From positions 1 through 64,000 of the IMG/VR virus record IMGVR_UViG_3300030329_003631: a stretch of DNA of 64,000 nt; one strand, written 5' to 3'. Below are positions 46,247 through 55,288 of this stretch, in pieces. The DNA is from an uncultured virus (IMG/VR IMGVR_UViG_3300030329_003631) (Duplodnaviria > Heunggongvirae > Uroviricota > Caudoviricetes). Each line of letters begins with the position of its first letter. Position 1 is the first letter of the stretch. Below the pieces are notes generated by a model that was given only the letters and a program-made list of their open reading frames with translations, was not told the DNA's origin and searched no databases. The position numbers and the translations under genes are program-made.

Positions 46247-48943
46247 ATGAAGAAAATATTATTTTTATTATTATTTCCTATGTTAGTTTTTTCACAAACT
46301 AAGGAAACTATTATACATATAAACACTGACAACTATCCACAAGAAACTAGATGGGTATTACATGCTGATAGTTTGTATGGCACTATATTAGGGCAAGTTA
46401 ATTATGGTCATTACACTCAGCCAAACACTTCTTATACAGATACATTGTATATACCAGATAGTTTAGCAAGTATAACTTTTGTTATTTACGATAGCTATGG
46501 AGACGGAATATCTGCTCCTGGAAGTTATTTTGTTTCTATCTGCGGAGATACAGTTGTAAACTACCCAAATCCCTCTTTTACTACAGGCTTATACTCTAAT
46601 AGAATGGTACCACAATGTATGCCTAATCCTCCTCCCCCTGTTTCAAGTTGTGTCCCAGCAGTAGTAAATATAAATTTAGATCAATTCCAAAGTGAGACAA
46701 CTTGGGAGATACATGATTCTACAGGCACTTTATTATATGCAGGTGGACCATATTCAATGGCACCTGATTATCAACCTCAATTTGAAAATGTCTGTCTTCC
46801 TGTAGGTGAGATATCATTTACAATATATGATTCTTATGGAGATGGGCTTAATGGTAGCTTGTGGGGAGGTAACGATGGCTCATATTATCTCATACAATGT
46901 GGTGACACCTTAGTTTTTGGAGATGTTCCAAACTTTGGTACAGATACCACACATATATTTCAATCTGACACATGTACACCTCCACCACCAGTACCAGGAT
47001 GCATGGATGAAAATTATGTAGAATATAACCCTTTAGCAACTATAAGCGATAGTAGTTGTTCAACACTTAAAATATACGGATGTACTGACTCAACAATGTT
47101 TAATTATGATTCAACTGCTAACACAATGGATTATATTGATAGTTGTGATTATACGCTTGTCTTACATGATCTAGTAGGTAACGGATGGATAGGAAGTAGG
47201 TTAGAAATATATCAAGGAGGAGATACAGATGTATTTTATATGTCAGCTCCTGGAAGTAATCAAATTTTTACAATACAATTAAACGCTCCTGAAGAAGTGG
47301 ATGTAAAGTTTTTTGTAAGCGCTCAGGCTTCTAACACTGCTTTAGAGTGTGGATTTACATTAATTAATCCAATGGGAGATACAGTTTTAAGTGTAGTTCC
47401 TCCATTTCTTGTACCTTTTTATATGTATACAGGTATAACATATTGTGGTAATGAATGTATAGAGATAGTAGAAGGATGTATGGATTCTATAGCTTTTAAT
47501 TACGATTCAATAGCTAATACTTCAGAAACCTGTTATTATTATCCTGGATGTAGTAGTCCAGCATATTTAGAATATCACACTGATACTACGAATGGATATT
47601 ATACAGATATCAATATACAAGATAGCTGTCAAACTCTAGCTGTATTTGGTTGTACAGACTCAACAGCTTTTAATTATGATCCTAGTTCTAACGTAGATAA
47701 TGGTGGATGCCTCCCTGTAATAATAGGATGCATGCAACCTTTAGCTTTTAATTATAATCCTAATGCTAATACTCCTGATACTTGTATACCAGTTATATAT
47801 GGGTGTACATCTCCTATAGCTTTTAATTACGATAGTCTTGCAAATACAGATGACGGAAGTTGTATAGGAGTAAATTATGGGTGTACTGATAGTACTATGT
47901 GGAATTATTCTCCTAGTGCTAATGTTGACGATAGTAGTTGTGTTCCTTACATATACGGATGTATGGATCCAACAATGTTTAATTATAACTCTAATGCAAA
48001 TACAGATAATGGCTCATGTATTCCATTTATTTATGGTTGTATAGACTCTACGATGTATAATTACGATCCACTTGCCAATACAGACAACGGAACATGTGTT
48101 CCATATATATATGGCTGTACAAATCCAATAGCTCTAAACTATAATCCACAAGCAAACACTGATGATTTTTCTTGTATACTACCAATCTATGGCTGTATGG
48201 ATAGCACAGCATTTAATTATGATCCAAATGCTAATATAGATAATGGAAGTTGTATACCAGTGATTTACGGGTGTATTAATCCAATAGCTCTTAATTACTG
48301 CGACAGCTGTAATACTGACGACTTTAGCTGTATACTTCCTATTTATGGATGTACAGACAGCACAATGTTTAATTATAATCCTTTAGCAAATGTTGACAAC
48401 AATTCTTGTATCCCTTTTATTTACGGTTGTACTGACCCTAGTATGCTTAACTATAATCCTAACGCGAACACAGAAGATTTTAGCTGTATTCCTTACATAT
48501 ATGGTTGTATGGACTCCACTGCGCTTAACTATGATTCAACTGCAAACACAGATAACGGAAGCTGTATCGAAATTATTCAAGGCTGTATGGATCAATCGGC
48601 TTACAATTATGATTTATCTGCTAACGTACATGATAGCACAATTTGTCTTTATGATGCTGGTTGTGTTACTGGTGCGGGTAATCCCTATTGGCTTAATGAT
48701 GAGTGTTATGCTTGGGTCATATCAGTTGACAGCTACTGTTGTGAAAATGAATGGGATAATATATGTCAGTTGACTTACAATTATTGTGATGGTAGTTGGT
48801 CAGGCCCATTGCCTAAAAGAACAGAAAAGAAATTAATAGGAGTAACTGATTTATTAGGCAGGTCAGTTAACAAAATAGATAATCAGCTATTGTTTTTCAT
48901 TTATGATGACGGAACAGTAGACAAAAAAATTATGAAAAAATGA
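46247..48943 (+). CDS. Secreted Cys-repeat protein with T9SS-type C-terminal sorting domain
   Basis: Signal peptide MKKILFLLLFPMLVFS|Q; two DSYGDG domains; about 17 GCxD..xNY..ANxDxxSC repeats; C-terminus KKLIGVTDLLGR..LFFIYDDGTVDKKI. Confidence 0.75.
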   Translation: MKKILFLLLFPMLVFSQTKETIIHINTDNYPQETRWVLHADSLYGTILGQVNYGHYTQPNTSYTDTLYIPDSLASITFVIYDSYGDGISAPGSYFVSICGDTVVNYPNPSFTTGLYSNRMVPQCMPNPPPPVSSCVPAVVNINLDQFQSETTWEIHDSTGTLLYAGGPYSMAPDYQPQFENVCLPVGEISFTIYDSYGDGLNGSLWGGNDGSYYLIQCGDTLVFGDVPNFGTDTTHIFQSDTCTPPPPVPGCMDENYVEYNPLATISDSSCSTLKIYGCTDSTMFNYDSTANTMDYIDSCDYTLVLHDLVGNGWIGSRLEIYQGGDTDVFYMSAPGSNQIFTIQLNAPEEVDVKFFVSAQASNTALECGFTLINPMGDTVLSVVPPFLVPFYMYTGITYCGNECIEIVEGCMDSIAFNYDSIANTSETCYYYPGCSSPAYLEYHTDTTNGYYTDINIQDSCQTLAVFGCTDSTAFNYDPSSNVDNGGCLPVIIGCMQPLAFNYNPNANTPDTCIPVIYGCTSPIAFNYDSLANTDDGSCIGVNYGCTDSTMWNYSPSANVDDSSCVPYIYGCMDPTMFNYNSNANTDNGSCIPFIYGCIDSTMYNYDPLANTDNGTCVPYIYGCTNPIALNYNPQANTDDFSCILPIYGCMDSTAFNYDPNANIDNGSCIPVIYGCINPIALNYCDSCNTDDFSCILPIYGCTDSTMFNYNPLANVDNNSCIPFIYGCTDPSMLNYNPNANTEDFSCIPYIYGCMDSTALNYDSTANTDNGSCIEIIQGCMDQSAYNYDLSANVHDSTICLYDAGCVTGAGNPYWLNDECYAWVISVDSYCCENEWDNICQLTYNYCDGSWSGPLPKRTEKKLIGVTDLLGRSVNKIDNQLLFFIYDDGTVDKKIMKK
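47648..48660 (+). repeat. Tandem ~78-bp (26-aa) GCxDxxAxNYxxxANxDxxSC repeat array
   Basis: About 13 consecutive units in the translation. Confidence 0.85.
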
Positions 48944-49332
48944 GTATACTAACAAAAATACTTTCCTCAGGAGCAGGAGAGTTAGTTAAAAATGTAGGTG
49001 GAGTTATAGATAACTTACACACTTCTAAAGAAGAGAAACTTGAAGCAGAAAGAAAAATAAAAGATATGATAATGGGTTATGAGGCAGAAATGCAAAAACA
49101 AGTTACAGAAAGATGGAAACTTGATATGCAGTCTGACTCATGGCTTAGTAAAAACATAAGACCTTTAGTTTTAATCTTTTTAGTGACTTCTACAGTATTG
49201 TTAATTTTTATAGATGCTGGTGTTATCCAATTTGAAGTTAAAGCTTCATGGGTAGACTTACTACAACTAGTTTTAATTACTGTAATTGGAGCATACTTTG
49301 GAGGAAGATCACTCGAAAAAGTTAAAAAGTAA
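48940..49332 (+). CDS. Holin (3TM/GTA-holin-like)
   Basis: TSKEEKL..RWKLDMQSDSWLSKNIRP..GAYFGGRSLEK. Confidence 0.8.
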   Translation: MSILTKILSSGAGELVKNVGGVIDNLHTSKEEKLEAERKIKDMIMGYEAEMQKQVTERWKLDMQSDSWLSKNIRPLVLIFLVTSTVLLIFIDAGVIQFEVKASWVDLLQLVLITVIGAYFGGRSLEKVKK

Positions 49333-50033
49333 TGAAATGGTTAGGTGAGCATATTTGGGATCTAGTATCTAGATTTCGTAATGATGTTTATCTAGAAGAT
49401 TTATCTACATCTACCTCTGACGATAAAATACTTGTAGTTAATGATTCTACAGGTAAGGTTAGTAAAGGTGCTGGGTTTATTCTTGAAGATGGAGATGGTA
49501 CTGAAGTAACTATAGGTAATGGTAAGGAGGTTAAATTCATAAAGGGAGATAATGGAATTAATATAAACTGGACTGATACAAGTCCTGGATCTGATGCTGA
49601 TCCTTATGATTTAACATTTAATAATACTCTTTGGGCATCATGGCATGGTCACGATACTATAAAGATATTACCGCGTGATTTCATGAGAGATGAGAATGGT
49701 TCTAATTCCACTGATTTACATTTTCAAGACGACACAAGGATAGGTGTAACCTCTGGAGATACTGATAGTCTTTTATATGCTTTTGTACCTATGCCTTTGG
49801 GTGCTACTGCTACTCATGTATATATTTACGGTAGTGATACTTCTGCTATAGCTGTTTTCGAAATGAACGTAGATGATAATTCTATGACTAGTAAAGGAAC
49901 TGGAAACGTAGGTACTAATCTAGATATAACTGATGTCACAGCAGATGAAACAAATTATCTAGGTATTAGAATTACAATGACTGATGCTAATACTAGGATT
50001 TACGGAGGAATAGTAACTTTAGGAACCTCTTAG
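49332..50033 (+). CDS. Fibre-like virion protein
   Basis: LEDGDGTEVTI..EVKF..ININWTD..DPYDLTF module plus a beta-sandwich C-terminus. Confidence 0.5.
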   Translation: MKWLGEHIWDLVSRFRNDVYLEDLSTSTSDDKILVVNDSTGKVSKGAGFILEDGDGTEVTIGNGKEVKFIKGDNGININWTDTSPGSDADPYDLTFNNTLWASWHGHDTIKILPRDFMRDENGSNSTDLHFQDDTRIGVTSGDTDSLLYAFVPMPLGATATHVYIYGSDTSAIAVFEMNVDDNSMTSKGTGNVGTNLDITDVTADETNYLGIRITMTDANTRIYGGIVTLGTS

Positions 50034-50035
50034 AT

Positions 50036-50455
50036 ATGTTTTTTCGTAAAAAAAGAAAAGTAAAATTATCCGAATTAATATATAGCACTTCAGCTGATAT
50101 TGAAAGAGAAATGGGATTAAAAGAGTATATAATTGACACTCTCATACTTTTTAAGAATCTTAACAAGAAAAAAACCACTCTTAAAAGTTGGGACAAATTA
50201 AAATCTAGTTTAGAAAAAGGATATAAACCAAAAAAATATGGTTATATCAAGGTATCTCCTGATAATACACTAGTTAATGGAAATCACAGAGTTGTTTTGC
50301 TTAATGAAATATATCATAAAGACCATATTATAGAAGTAGAACAAGTAAATCCTCCTTCTAAATTTTTTATTTTTTTCTTTAAACTTTATATAAAATTTGT
50401 TAACTTTGTAGACCCCTTGCCTACCTTTAAAAGAGGAGGCTGTAATTGTAACTAA
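50036..50455 (+). CDS. ParB/Srx-like N-terminal domain protein
   Basis: LKSSLEKGY..YIKV..TLVNGNHRVVLL. Confidence 0.55.
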   Translation: MFFRKKRKVKLSELIYSTSADIEREMGLKEYIIDTLILFKNLNKKKTTLKSWDKLKSSLEKGYKPKKYGYIKVSPDNTLVNGNHRVVLLNEIYHKDHIIEVEQVNPPSKFFIFFFKLYIKFVNFVDPLPTFKRGGCNCN

Positions 50456-50465
50456 AAAAACACAA

Positions 50466-50945
50466 ATGAAATTAAAGGTATTAAGATTTAGTAGTCAAAA
50501 AGATTCAACTTCAGGCTTGTTATTTGAAGAAAATAAGTTAGGTTTGCAATTCCTATGTTATACTTTGGAAGATGAACATAGAGATGATAAAGTAAGAGGA
50601 GAAACTAGAATACCCGAAGGGACTTACAAAATAAAATTAAGAAACGAAGGAGGTTTTAATGAAAAATATAAAAAAAGATATTCTGAAATACATAAAGGAA
50701 TGTTACATGTTACTGGGGTTCCTAATTTTGAGTGGATTCTTATTCATTGTGGTAATACTGACGAACATACTGCTGGGTGTCTGCTTGTGGGTGATTCGCA
50801 AGAAAATAATGTTCTCGTCAAAAATGGCTTCATTGGGAAATCCTCTAATGCGTACAAGAGAATATATCCAGATATCGCTGAAGCGATTGAAAATGGGGAA
50901 GAAGTTCTAATACAATACATAGATTACGATGCCAACAATATATGA
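50466..50945 (+). CDS. DUF5675 family protein (candidate cell-wall enzyme/endolysin)
   Basis: CYTLED..KVRGETRIPEGTY..VPNFEWILIHCGNTDEHTAGCLLVG; near the holin. Confidence 0.8.
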   Translation: MKLKVLRFSSQKDSTSGLLFEENKLGLQFLCYTLEDEHRDDKVRGETRIPEGTYKIKLRNEGGFNEKYKKRYSEIHKGMLHVTGVPNFEWILIHCGNTDEHTAGCLLVGDSQENNVLVKNGFIGKSSNAYKRIYPDIAEAIENGEEVLIQYIDYDANNI

Positions 50946-51399
50946 TATACAAAGAACAATTACCACTGCTGATGGTACTGTACTACTTGGAGACTTTGAA
51001 AAAGGAATAATACTTAAAGAAGTTCAGGTAAAAGCTATTTCTGACTCAGTTTTTTATTTATATATAGAAAAAACAGATGCTGATGGAACTTTAAGAACTC
51101 ACAGAATCATGGATGCTATGAAAGTACCAAATGACGTTGCTTTTTCTATGATGCAAGGCGGTCAATTACTTTTAGGTGGAGGTCAACCTCTTCGTCTATA
51201 CGCTAAGGTTGATTCTGGAGAAACAGATCTCATTATTAATTACTGTGATTTACTTGATTACCCAGAAGGGTACGGAAAAAATATGGATGAAGACACTCCA
51301 GTTGTTGAAAAACGATGTATTTTCAATAGAGGAGGTAAACTAGTTGCAACTAAAGAGGTTCTAGGAACTCAAGCATCTGAAGGATCAGGATCTTACTAA
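50929..51399 (+). CDS. Hypothetical protein
   Basis: 156-aa ORF overlapping the end of the previous gene. Confidence 0.6.
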   Translation: MPTIYDIQRTITTADGTVLLGDFEKGIILKEVQVKAISDSVFYLYIEKTDADGTLRTHRIMDAMKVPNDVAFSMMQGGQLLLGGGQPLRLYAKVDSGETDLIINYCDLLDYPEGYGKNMDEDTPVVEKRCIFNRGGKLVATKEVLGTQASEGSGSY

Positions 51400-51411
51400 G
51401 CTCTTACTTAA

Positions 51412-51454
51412 TACTTATATACTAAGTATATATATATATACTAAGAACTTAGTA
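51412..51454. repeat. Second copy of the TATATACTTAGTA element
   Basis: TATATACTAAGAACTTAGTA (51435-51454) matches the 238-257 repeat at 18/20; inverted TACTAAGTATATA at 51420-51432. Confidence 0.75.
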
Positions 51455-51471
51455 AAAATAAATAGATATTC

Positions 51472-51503
51472 TTTGTGTATTTGATAAAAATAATTTATCT
51501 TTG
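51472..51503 (+). promoter_or_regulatory. Bacteroidota -33/-7 promoter
   Basis: TTTG, 20-nt spacer, TATCTTTG(C). Confidence 0.75.
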
Positions 51504-51544
51504 CATCCAAAGAATTAATTTTTAACTTAAAAACATTGTAAAAA

Positions 51545-51904
51545 ATGGCTATGCGAATTCAAAACGGACCAGTAGTAAATGGAGCTTGGACTAACTCTAT
51601 AGCTATATCTCCTAATGGTTCTGATTGGGAACATATAAATAAAGACTCTATAGCTAAAGTTCATAAGGTATTTATGTTAACTAATAACGAGAGTAAAAAA
51701 TGGAATAAAAATAGAGACCAAAGAGCTCAGGTTCATATAATGGGCAATGATGGTAGGTTAATATTCTCATTTGATACTCAGGATATTGATAATCAGTTGA
51801 CCTGGTTTCCTAGTAGTGTAGTAACTGCTACAGGGACAGGTACTGCAGCTAATTTTCAAGCAGGACTTGCTACAGCTGTTGAAGACATAATGAGCTGGTT
51901 GTAA
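51545..51904 (+). CDS. Hypothetical protein
   Basis: 119 aa; A-rich leader downstream of a promoter. Confidence 0.65.
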   Translation: MAMRIQNGPVVNGAWTNSIAISPNGSDWEHINKDSIAKVHKVFMLTNNESKKWNKNRDQRAQVHIMGNDGRLIFSFDTQDIDNQLTWFPSSVVTATGTGTAANFQAGLATAVEDIMSWL

Positions 51905-52098
51905 TGCCTGAGGTTAACGGACAAAATTTTCCTTATACTAAAGAAGGTATTGAGCAGGCTGAAAGAACTGCAAAAGGAACAGGAACTAAGGTCAAATACA
52001 GATTTAGGAGAGTAATGAGTAGTGCAGTTAAAAGTACACAAGATAAATCGAAATCTCACTATTGTGGTTGTGAAGCGATGGGGGGATGGAGCTTTTAA
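51904..52098 (+). CDS. Small hypothetical protein
   Basis: MPEVNGQNFPYTKEG start; TAATG overlap. Confidence 0.6.
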   Translation: MPEVNGQNFPYTKEGIEQAERTAKGTGTKVKYRFRRVMSSAVKSTQDKSKSHYCGCEAMGGWSF

Positions 52099-52126
52099 AT
52101 AAATAATAAATAAAAAGAATAAAAAA

Positions 52127-52495
52127 ATGGCTACATTAACACCAACTTTAACATTAGTAAGCGACGCTTTGTCAGATGCATTGAGTTTATCAGTAACTGA
52201 TACTTTAACTGTATCAGGTCAAGTTACTCAAAAAACTGTAGTTACTTCGACTACTGCAGCACAATTTTTAGCAGCAGCTACCTATACAGACGCTTATGTA
52301 TTTTTGTATAATAAAAGTACTACAGCAGCTGAAATAATACATATAAGATCTGGAGGAACTGGAGACGCTGACGTAATGTCTATAGGCGCAGGAGAATGGG
52401 CTTTCTTCCCATGGAGTTCAGATGAAGATTTAAACTACGATGCAGCTAGTGGAACACCTGTATTGGAGGTATATGTATTCCAGGCAGCAGCTTAA
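52127..52495 (+). CDS. Beta-rich structural-type protein (paralogue A)
   Basis: LTPTLTL..TDTLT..YVFLxN..AGEWAFF. Confidence 0.65.
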   Translation: MATLTPTLTLVSDALSDALSLSVTDTLTVSGQVTQKTVVTSTTAAQFLAAATYTDAYVFLYNKSTTAAEIIHIRSGGTGDADVMSIGAGEWAFFPWSSDEDLNYDAASGTPVLEVYVFQAAA

Positions 52496-52519
52496 TAATA
52501 ATAAAATAAAAATAAGAAC

Positions 52520-52894
52520 ATGAGCAAATCATTAACACCAACATTGACATTAACTAGCTCTACAGCTTCAACAGATCCTGTAAGTATAAGTCTTACAGAT
52601 ACTTTAACGATTACAGATCCTATAGAAACAGGTAAAGTAAATATTACTACTGGGGCAGGAACTGTAGGTAGAAATACGTTAATTCCATCCTCTGATTCAA
52701 ATACGTATTATGTATTCCTACAAAATACAGACAGTACTAACTTTGTATTAGTACGAAGAGATAATGGAAGTAATATGATGAAATTACATGCAGGAGAATT
52801 TGCATACTTTACTTTAGCAGACGGGATAGGGCTTGAAATGCAGGCAGACACTGACACTGTAAAGGTGCAGTACGGATTCTGGAAAAAAGGATAG
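52520..52894 (+). CDS. Beta-rich structural-type protein (paralogue B)
   Basis: LTPTLTL..TDTLT..YVFLQN..AGEFAYF. Confidence 0.65.
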   Translation: MSKSLTPTLTLTSSTASTDPVSISLTDTLTITDPIETGKVNITTGAGTVGRNTLIPSSDSNTYYVFLQNTDSTNFVLVRRDNGSNMMKLHAGEFAYFTLADGIGLEMQADTDTVKVQYGFWKKG

Positions 52895-52969
52895 CAGAAT
52901 GATTACAATTAAATGGATGTTACCCGTTGTAAGACATTGTAGTACAGGCTGTTGACGTAAAACTTATAT

Positions 52970-53224
52970 ATGACAGAATATGATATGCCAATCTATTTAT
53001 CAGATTGGATCTTACAAGTTAGAAGAAGCGTTACAATGCAATCTAGACAGGTTGTTGTAAAAGATATAATAGTAAAAGGTTACTCAAAAGAAGATATAAT
53101 GAGTGACCTTTCTCTATTTAATAAGGCTTTATCTAGAAGCGGTATACCGAAGAGAGATCAAAAGAAAAGCAAAGTTATGAACGTAGTACTAAAACAACAA
53201 TTAGGATATGGAATCAGAGAATAA
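52970..53224 (+). CDS. Hypothetical protein
   Basis: 84-aa ORF overlapping the start of the next gene. Confidence 0.5.
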   Translation: MTEYDMPIYLSDWILQVRRSVTMQSRQVVVKDIIVKGYSKEDIMSDLSLFNKALSRSGIPKRDQKKSKVMNVVLKQQLGYGIRE

Positions 53225-54515
53225 ACCAAATGTAGAAGGTTTAAAGTCTTACTTATTAGAGAATGGTAGAGATAAGACTTATTCAGAATTAGCCTTGATG
53301 TTTAACATAAGAGGCAAAGATGGCTTACACTCTCCAGAAAAAGCGAGAGGTTACTGGAGAAGATTAAAAACAAAAAGAATTGAAAACCCAATGGACACAG
53401 AGAGTCCTTTGAAAGTTACAAATGATAATGGTAAAAAGACATTAGACTACTCAGGAGAGAATATATCTTCATTAGAAGACTTAATACAAGCTTCGGGAAT
53501 TAACTTAGACTTATGGGATGTATCAACCTATAAAGTTAGTTCTTGGCAAGACTTTAAAGATGACACTAAATACGCTGTCAAAGCAACATTTAATCAGACT
53601 AAAGAGATCAGAGAGGCTGCTCGTCAGGAGTTTATAAAAGCTTGTCAACAACACAGCCCTGTATATACTGCTAAAAAATACCTAAAAGCTCCAAAAGGAA
53701 AAGAAAGTGTAATGTACACTGTAGAAGCTCCAGATTTGCATATGGGTAAGCTTGGTTGGGGCAAGGAAGTCGGTCAAAACTATAATATAGAAATTGCTAG
53801 AGAAATATTCAAAAAGACTGTAAAGCAGCTTTTAAGCTATTCTAAGCTATTTCATGTCGAAAAGATACTATTCCCTATAGGAAACGACTTATTAAACTCA
53901 GAAGGCCTTAAAATGGCTACAACGAGAGGTACCCCTCAACATGATGACGTTAGGTGGCAAAAGTCTTATATGGCTTGTAGAGAAGTTTTAGTGGAAATGA
54001 TAGACACTCTAAGAGAGCTAGCTCCTGTCGAAGTTGTTGTAGTTCCAGGTAATCATGACTACGAAAGAATGTTTTATATAGGAGACGCTATATACGCTTG
54101 GTACAATAATTGCAAAGAAGTGATAGTGAATAATGATCCATCTCCTAGGAAGTATGTTACTTATGGTAAAACAATGATAGGATTTACTCATGGTAGTGCA
54201 GAAAAGGTAGATAACTTACCTCTTATTATGGCTACAGAAAAGAGTAAGGAATGGTCTAACGTGATACACACAGAGTGGCACATAGGACATGTTCATAAAT
54301 CTAAGCATGTAAAGTGGTTAGATGTGGATGAGAGATTTGGAACTGTGATCAGAGTATTACCTTCCTTATCAGGAACTGATGCTTGGCATCATGAACATGG
54401 GTATGTAGGTAACACAAGGTCTGCTCAAAGCTATATATATAGTAAAGAAAGTGGGTACAGAGGACACTTTCAAGTGTCTGTATCTGAATTAGATATAAAT
54501 TACTCTGTTAAGTAG
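53208..54515 (+). CDS. Calcineurin-like metallophosphoesterase with N-terminal HTH-like segment
   Basis: PDLHMGK, GNDLLN, PGNHD, FTHG, GHVH motifs. Confidence 0.85.
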   Translation: MESENKPNVEGLKSYLLENGRDKTYSELALMFNIRGKDGLHSPEKARGYWRRLKTKRIENPMDTESPLKVTNDNGKKTLDYSGENISSLEDLIQASGINLDLWDVSTYKVSSWQDFKDDTKYAVKATFNQTKEIREAARQEFIKACQQHSPVYTAKKYLKAPKGKESVMYTVEAPDLHMGKLGWGKEVGQNYNIEIAREIFKKTVKQLLSYSKLFHVEKILFPIGNDLLNSEGLKMATTRGTPQHDDVRWQKSYMACREVLVEMIDTLRELAPVEVVVVPGNHDYERMFYIGDAIYAWYNNCKEVIVNNDPSPRKYVTYGKTMIGFTHGSAEKVDNLPLIMATEKSKEWSNVIHTEWHIGHVHKSKHVKWLDVDERFGTVIRVLPSLSGTDAWHHEHGYVGNTRSAQSYIYSKESGYRGHFQVSVSELDINYSVK

Positions 54516-54705
54516 ATTTTCTTTTCTCTCTCTCATCTTGTAGAATATCGATGAGCTGGGTTTGATTCAGTAGTCTATCTTTCTCGTATTCATTTGGAAA
54601 GTGAACTAACTTAACCTCTATTATATTATCTGTATTATCTCTGTTAACTACCCATCTGCAAGAAGGACAGTGTTTTGTTCTTTTTAAGTGTGTTAAATAA
54701 CTCAT
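54508..54705 (-). CDS. Hypothetical protein
   Basis: Last gene of the minus-strand block; convergent overlap with the phosphoesterase gene. Confidence 0.55.
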   Translation of the reverse strand: MSYLTHLKRTKHCPSCRWVVNRDNTDNIIEVKLVHFPNEYEKDRLLNQTQLIDILQDEREKRKST

Positions 54706-54706
54706 T

Positions 54707-54862
54707 TTAAAATCTATGTTTGTCTTGGCAGTTATTAAGTCTTTTTCTTAGTTTCTTATTTTGTTCTTCAAGGTATCTATGATCCTTTGACGAAGCATAT
54801 AAACCTGTAGCTAGCCCTATCGCATACGCAGAAAGGCAAACTATTGCGTAAATTATTTCCAT
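54707..54862 (-). CDS. Small membrane protein (51 aa, not in the ORF track)
   Basis: MEIIYAIVCLSAYAIGLATGLYASSK..; abuts its neighbours. Confidence 0.5.
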   Translation of the reverse strand: MEIIYAIVCLSAYAIGLATGLYASSKDHRYLEEQNKKLRKRLNNCQDKHRF

Positions 54863-55002
54863 ATCTTTTTTCTTTTATATTTATTTCCAGTTATCAAGCA
54901 TATATAAGTGTTATCTTCTGTGAAGAATCTCCTTCTACAAAATTTATTATGAATACCTATATAATGAGGTAACCTTTTAAACCATGATTTTATTTTATTC
55001 AT
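54853..55002 (-). CDS. Small basic protein (49 aa, not in the ORF track)
   Basis: MNKIKSWFKRLPHYIGIHNKFCRRRFF..YICLITG.. Confidence 0.45.
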   Translation of the reverse strand: MNKIKSWFKRLPHYIGIHNKFCRRRFFTEDNTYICLITGNKYKRKKIWK

Positions 55003-55066
55003 CTTGTTTTTTTATTGTGAGCCATCATAAATACAGCGAAAGCGTATAAGCCCGTTATAATTAAAA

Positions 55067-55198
55067 TTAATACCATACAGCCCATATTTTAGCCCCAACA
55101 GGGGTATCGCATATTAATACTCTTTTCTTTACTACAGGCTCTTTATCTTTATCCTTATTGTACTTAGGATTTTTACTGTTTAGTTTTCTTTTCTTCAT
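55067..55198 (-). CDS. Small basic protein (43 aa, not in the ORF track)
   Basis: MKKRKLNSKNPKY..KIWAVWY. Confidence 0.5.
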   Translation of the reverse strand: MKKRKLNSKNPKYNKDKDKEPVVKKRVLICDTPVGAKIWAVWY

Positions 55199-55288
55199 TA
55201 GTAAAATCGTCTTTAAAATTTGGTGATGTTACAGCCTCTACAACACAAGCTATTATTACCATTAAATATATTATTCCGAGTAATTCCA

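Noticed and set aside
47648..48660. CRISPR-like or DGR repeat
   Set aside because: In-frame 26-aa protein repeats with synonymous divergence; no reverse transcriptase and no adenine-specific TR/VR pair seen
52895..52969. tRNA or structured RNA in the 75-bp intergenic gap
   Set aside because: No cloverleaf, T-loop GTTC or CCA end; only weak pairing
54995..55086. MMAHNK in a tiny minus-strand ORF as a sixth YAHN member
   Set aside because: Lacks the Tyr, the basic leader and the P/S at +1; likely chance
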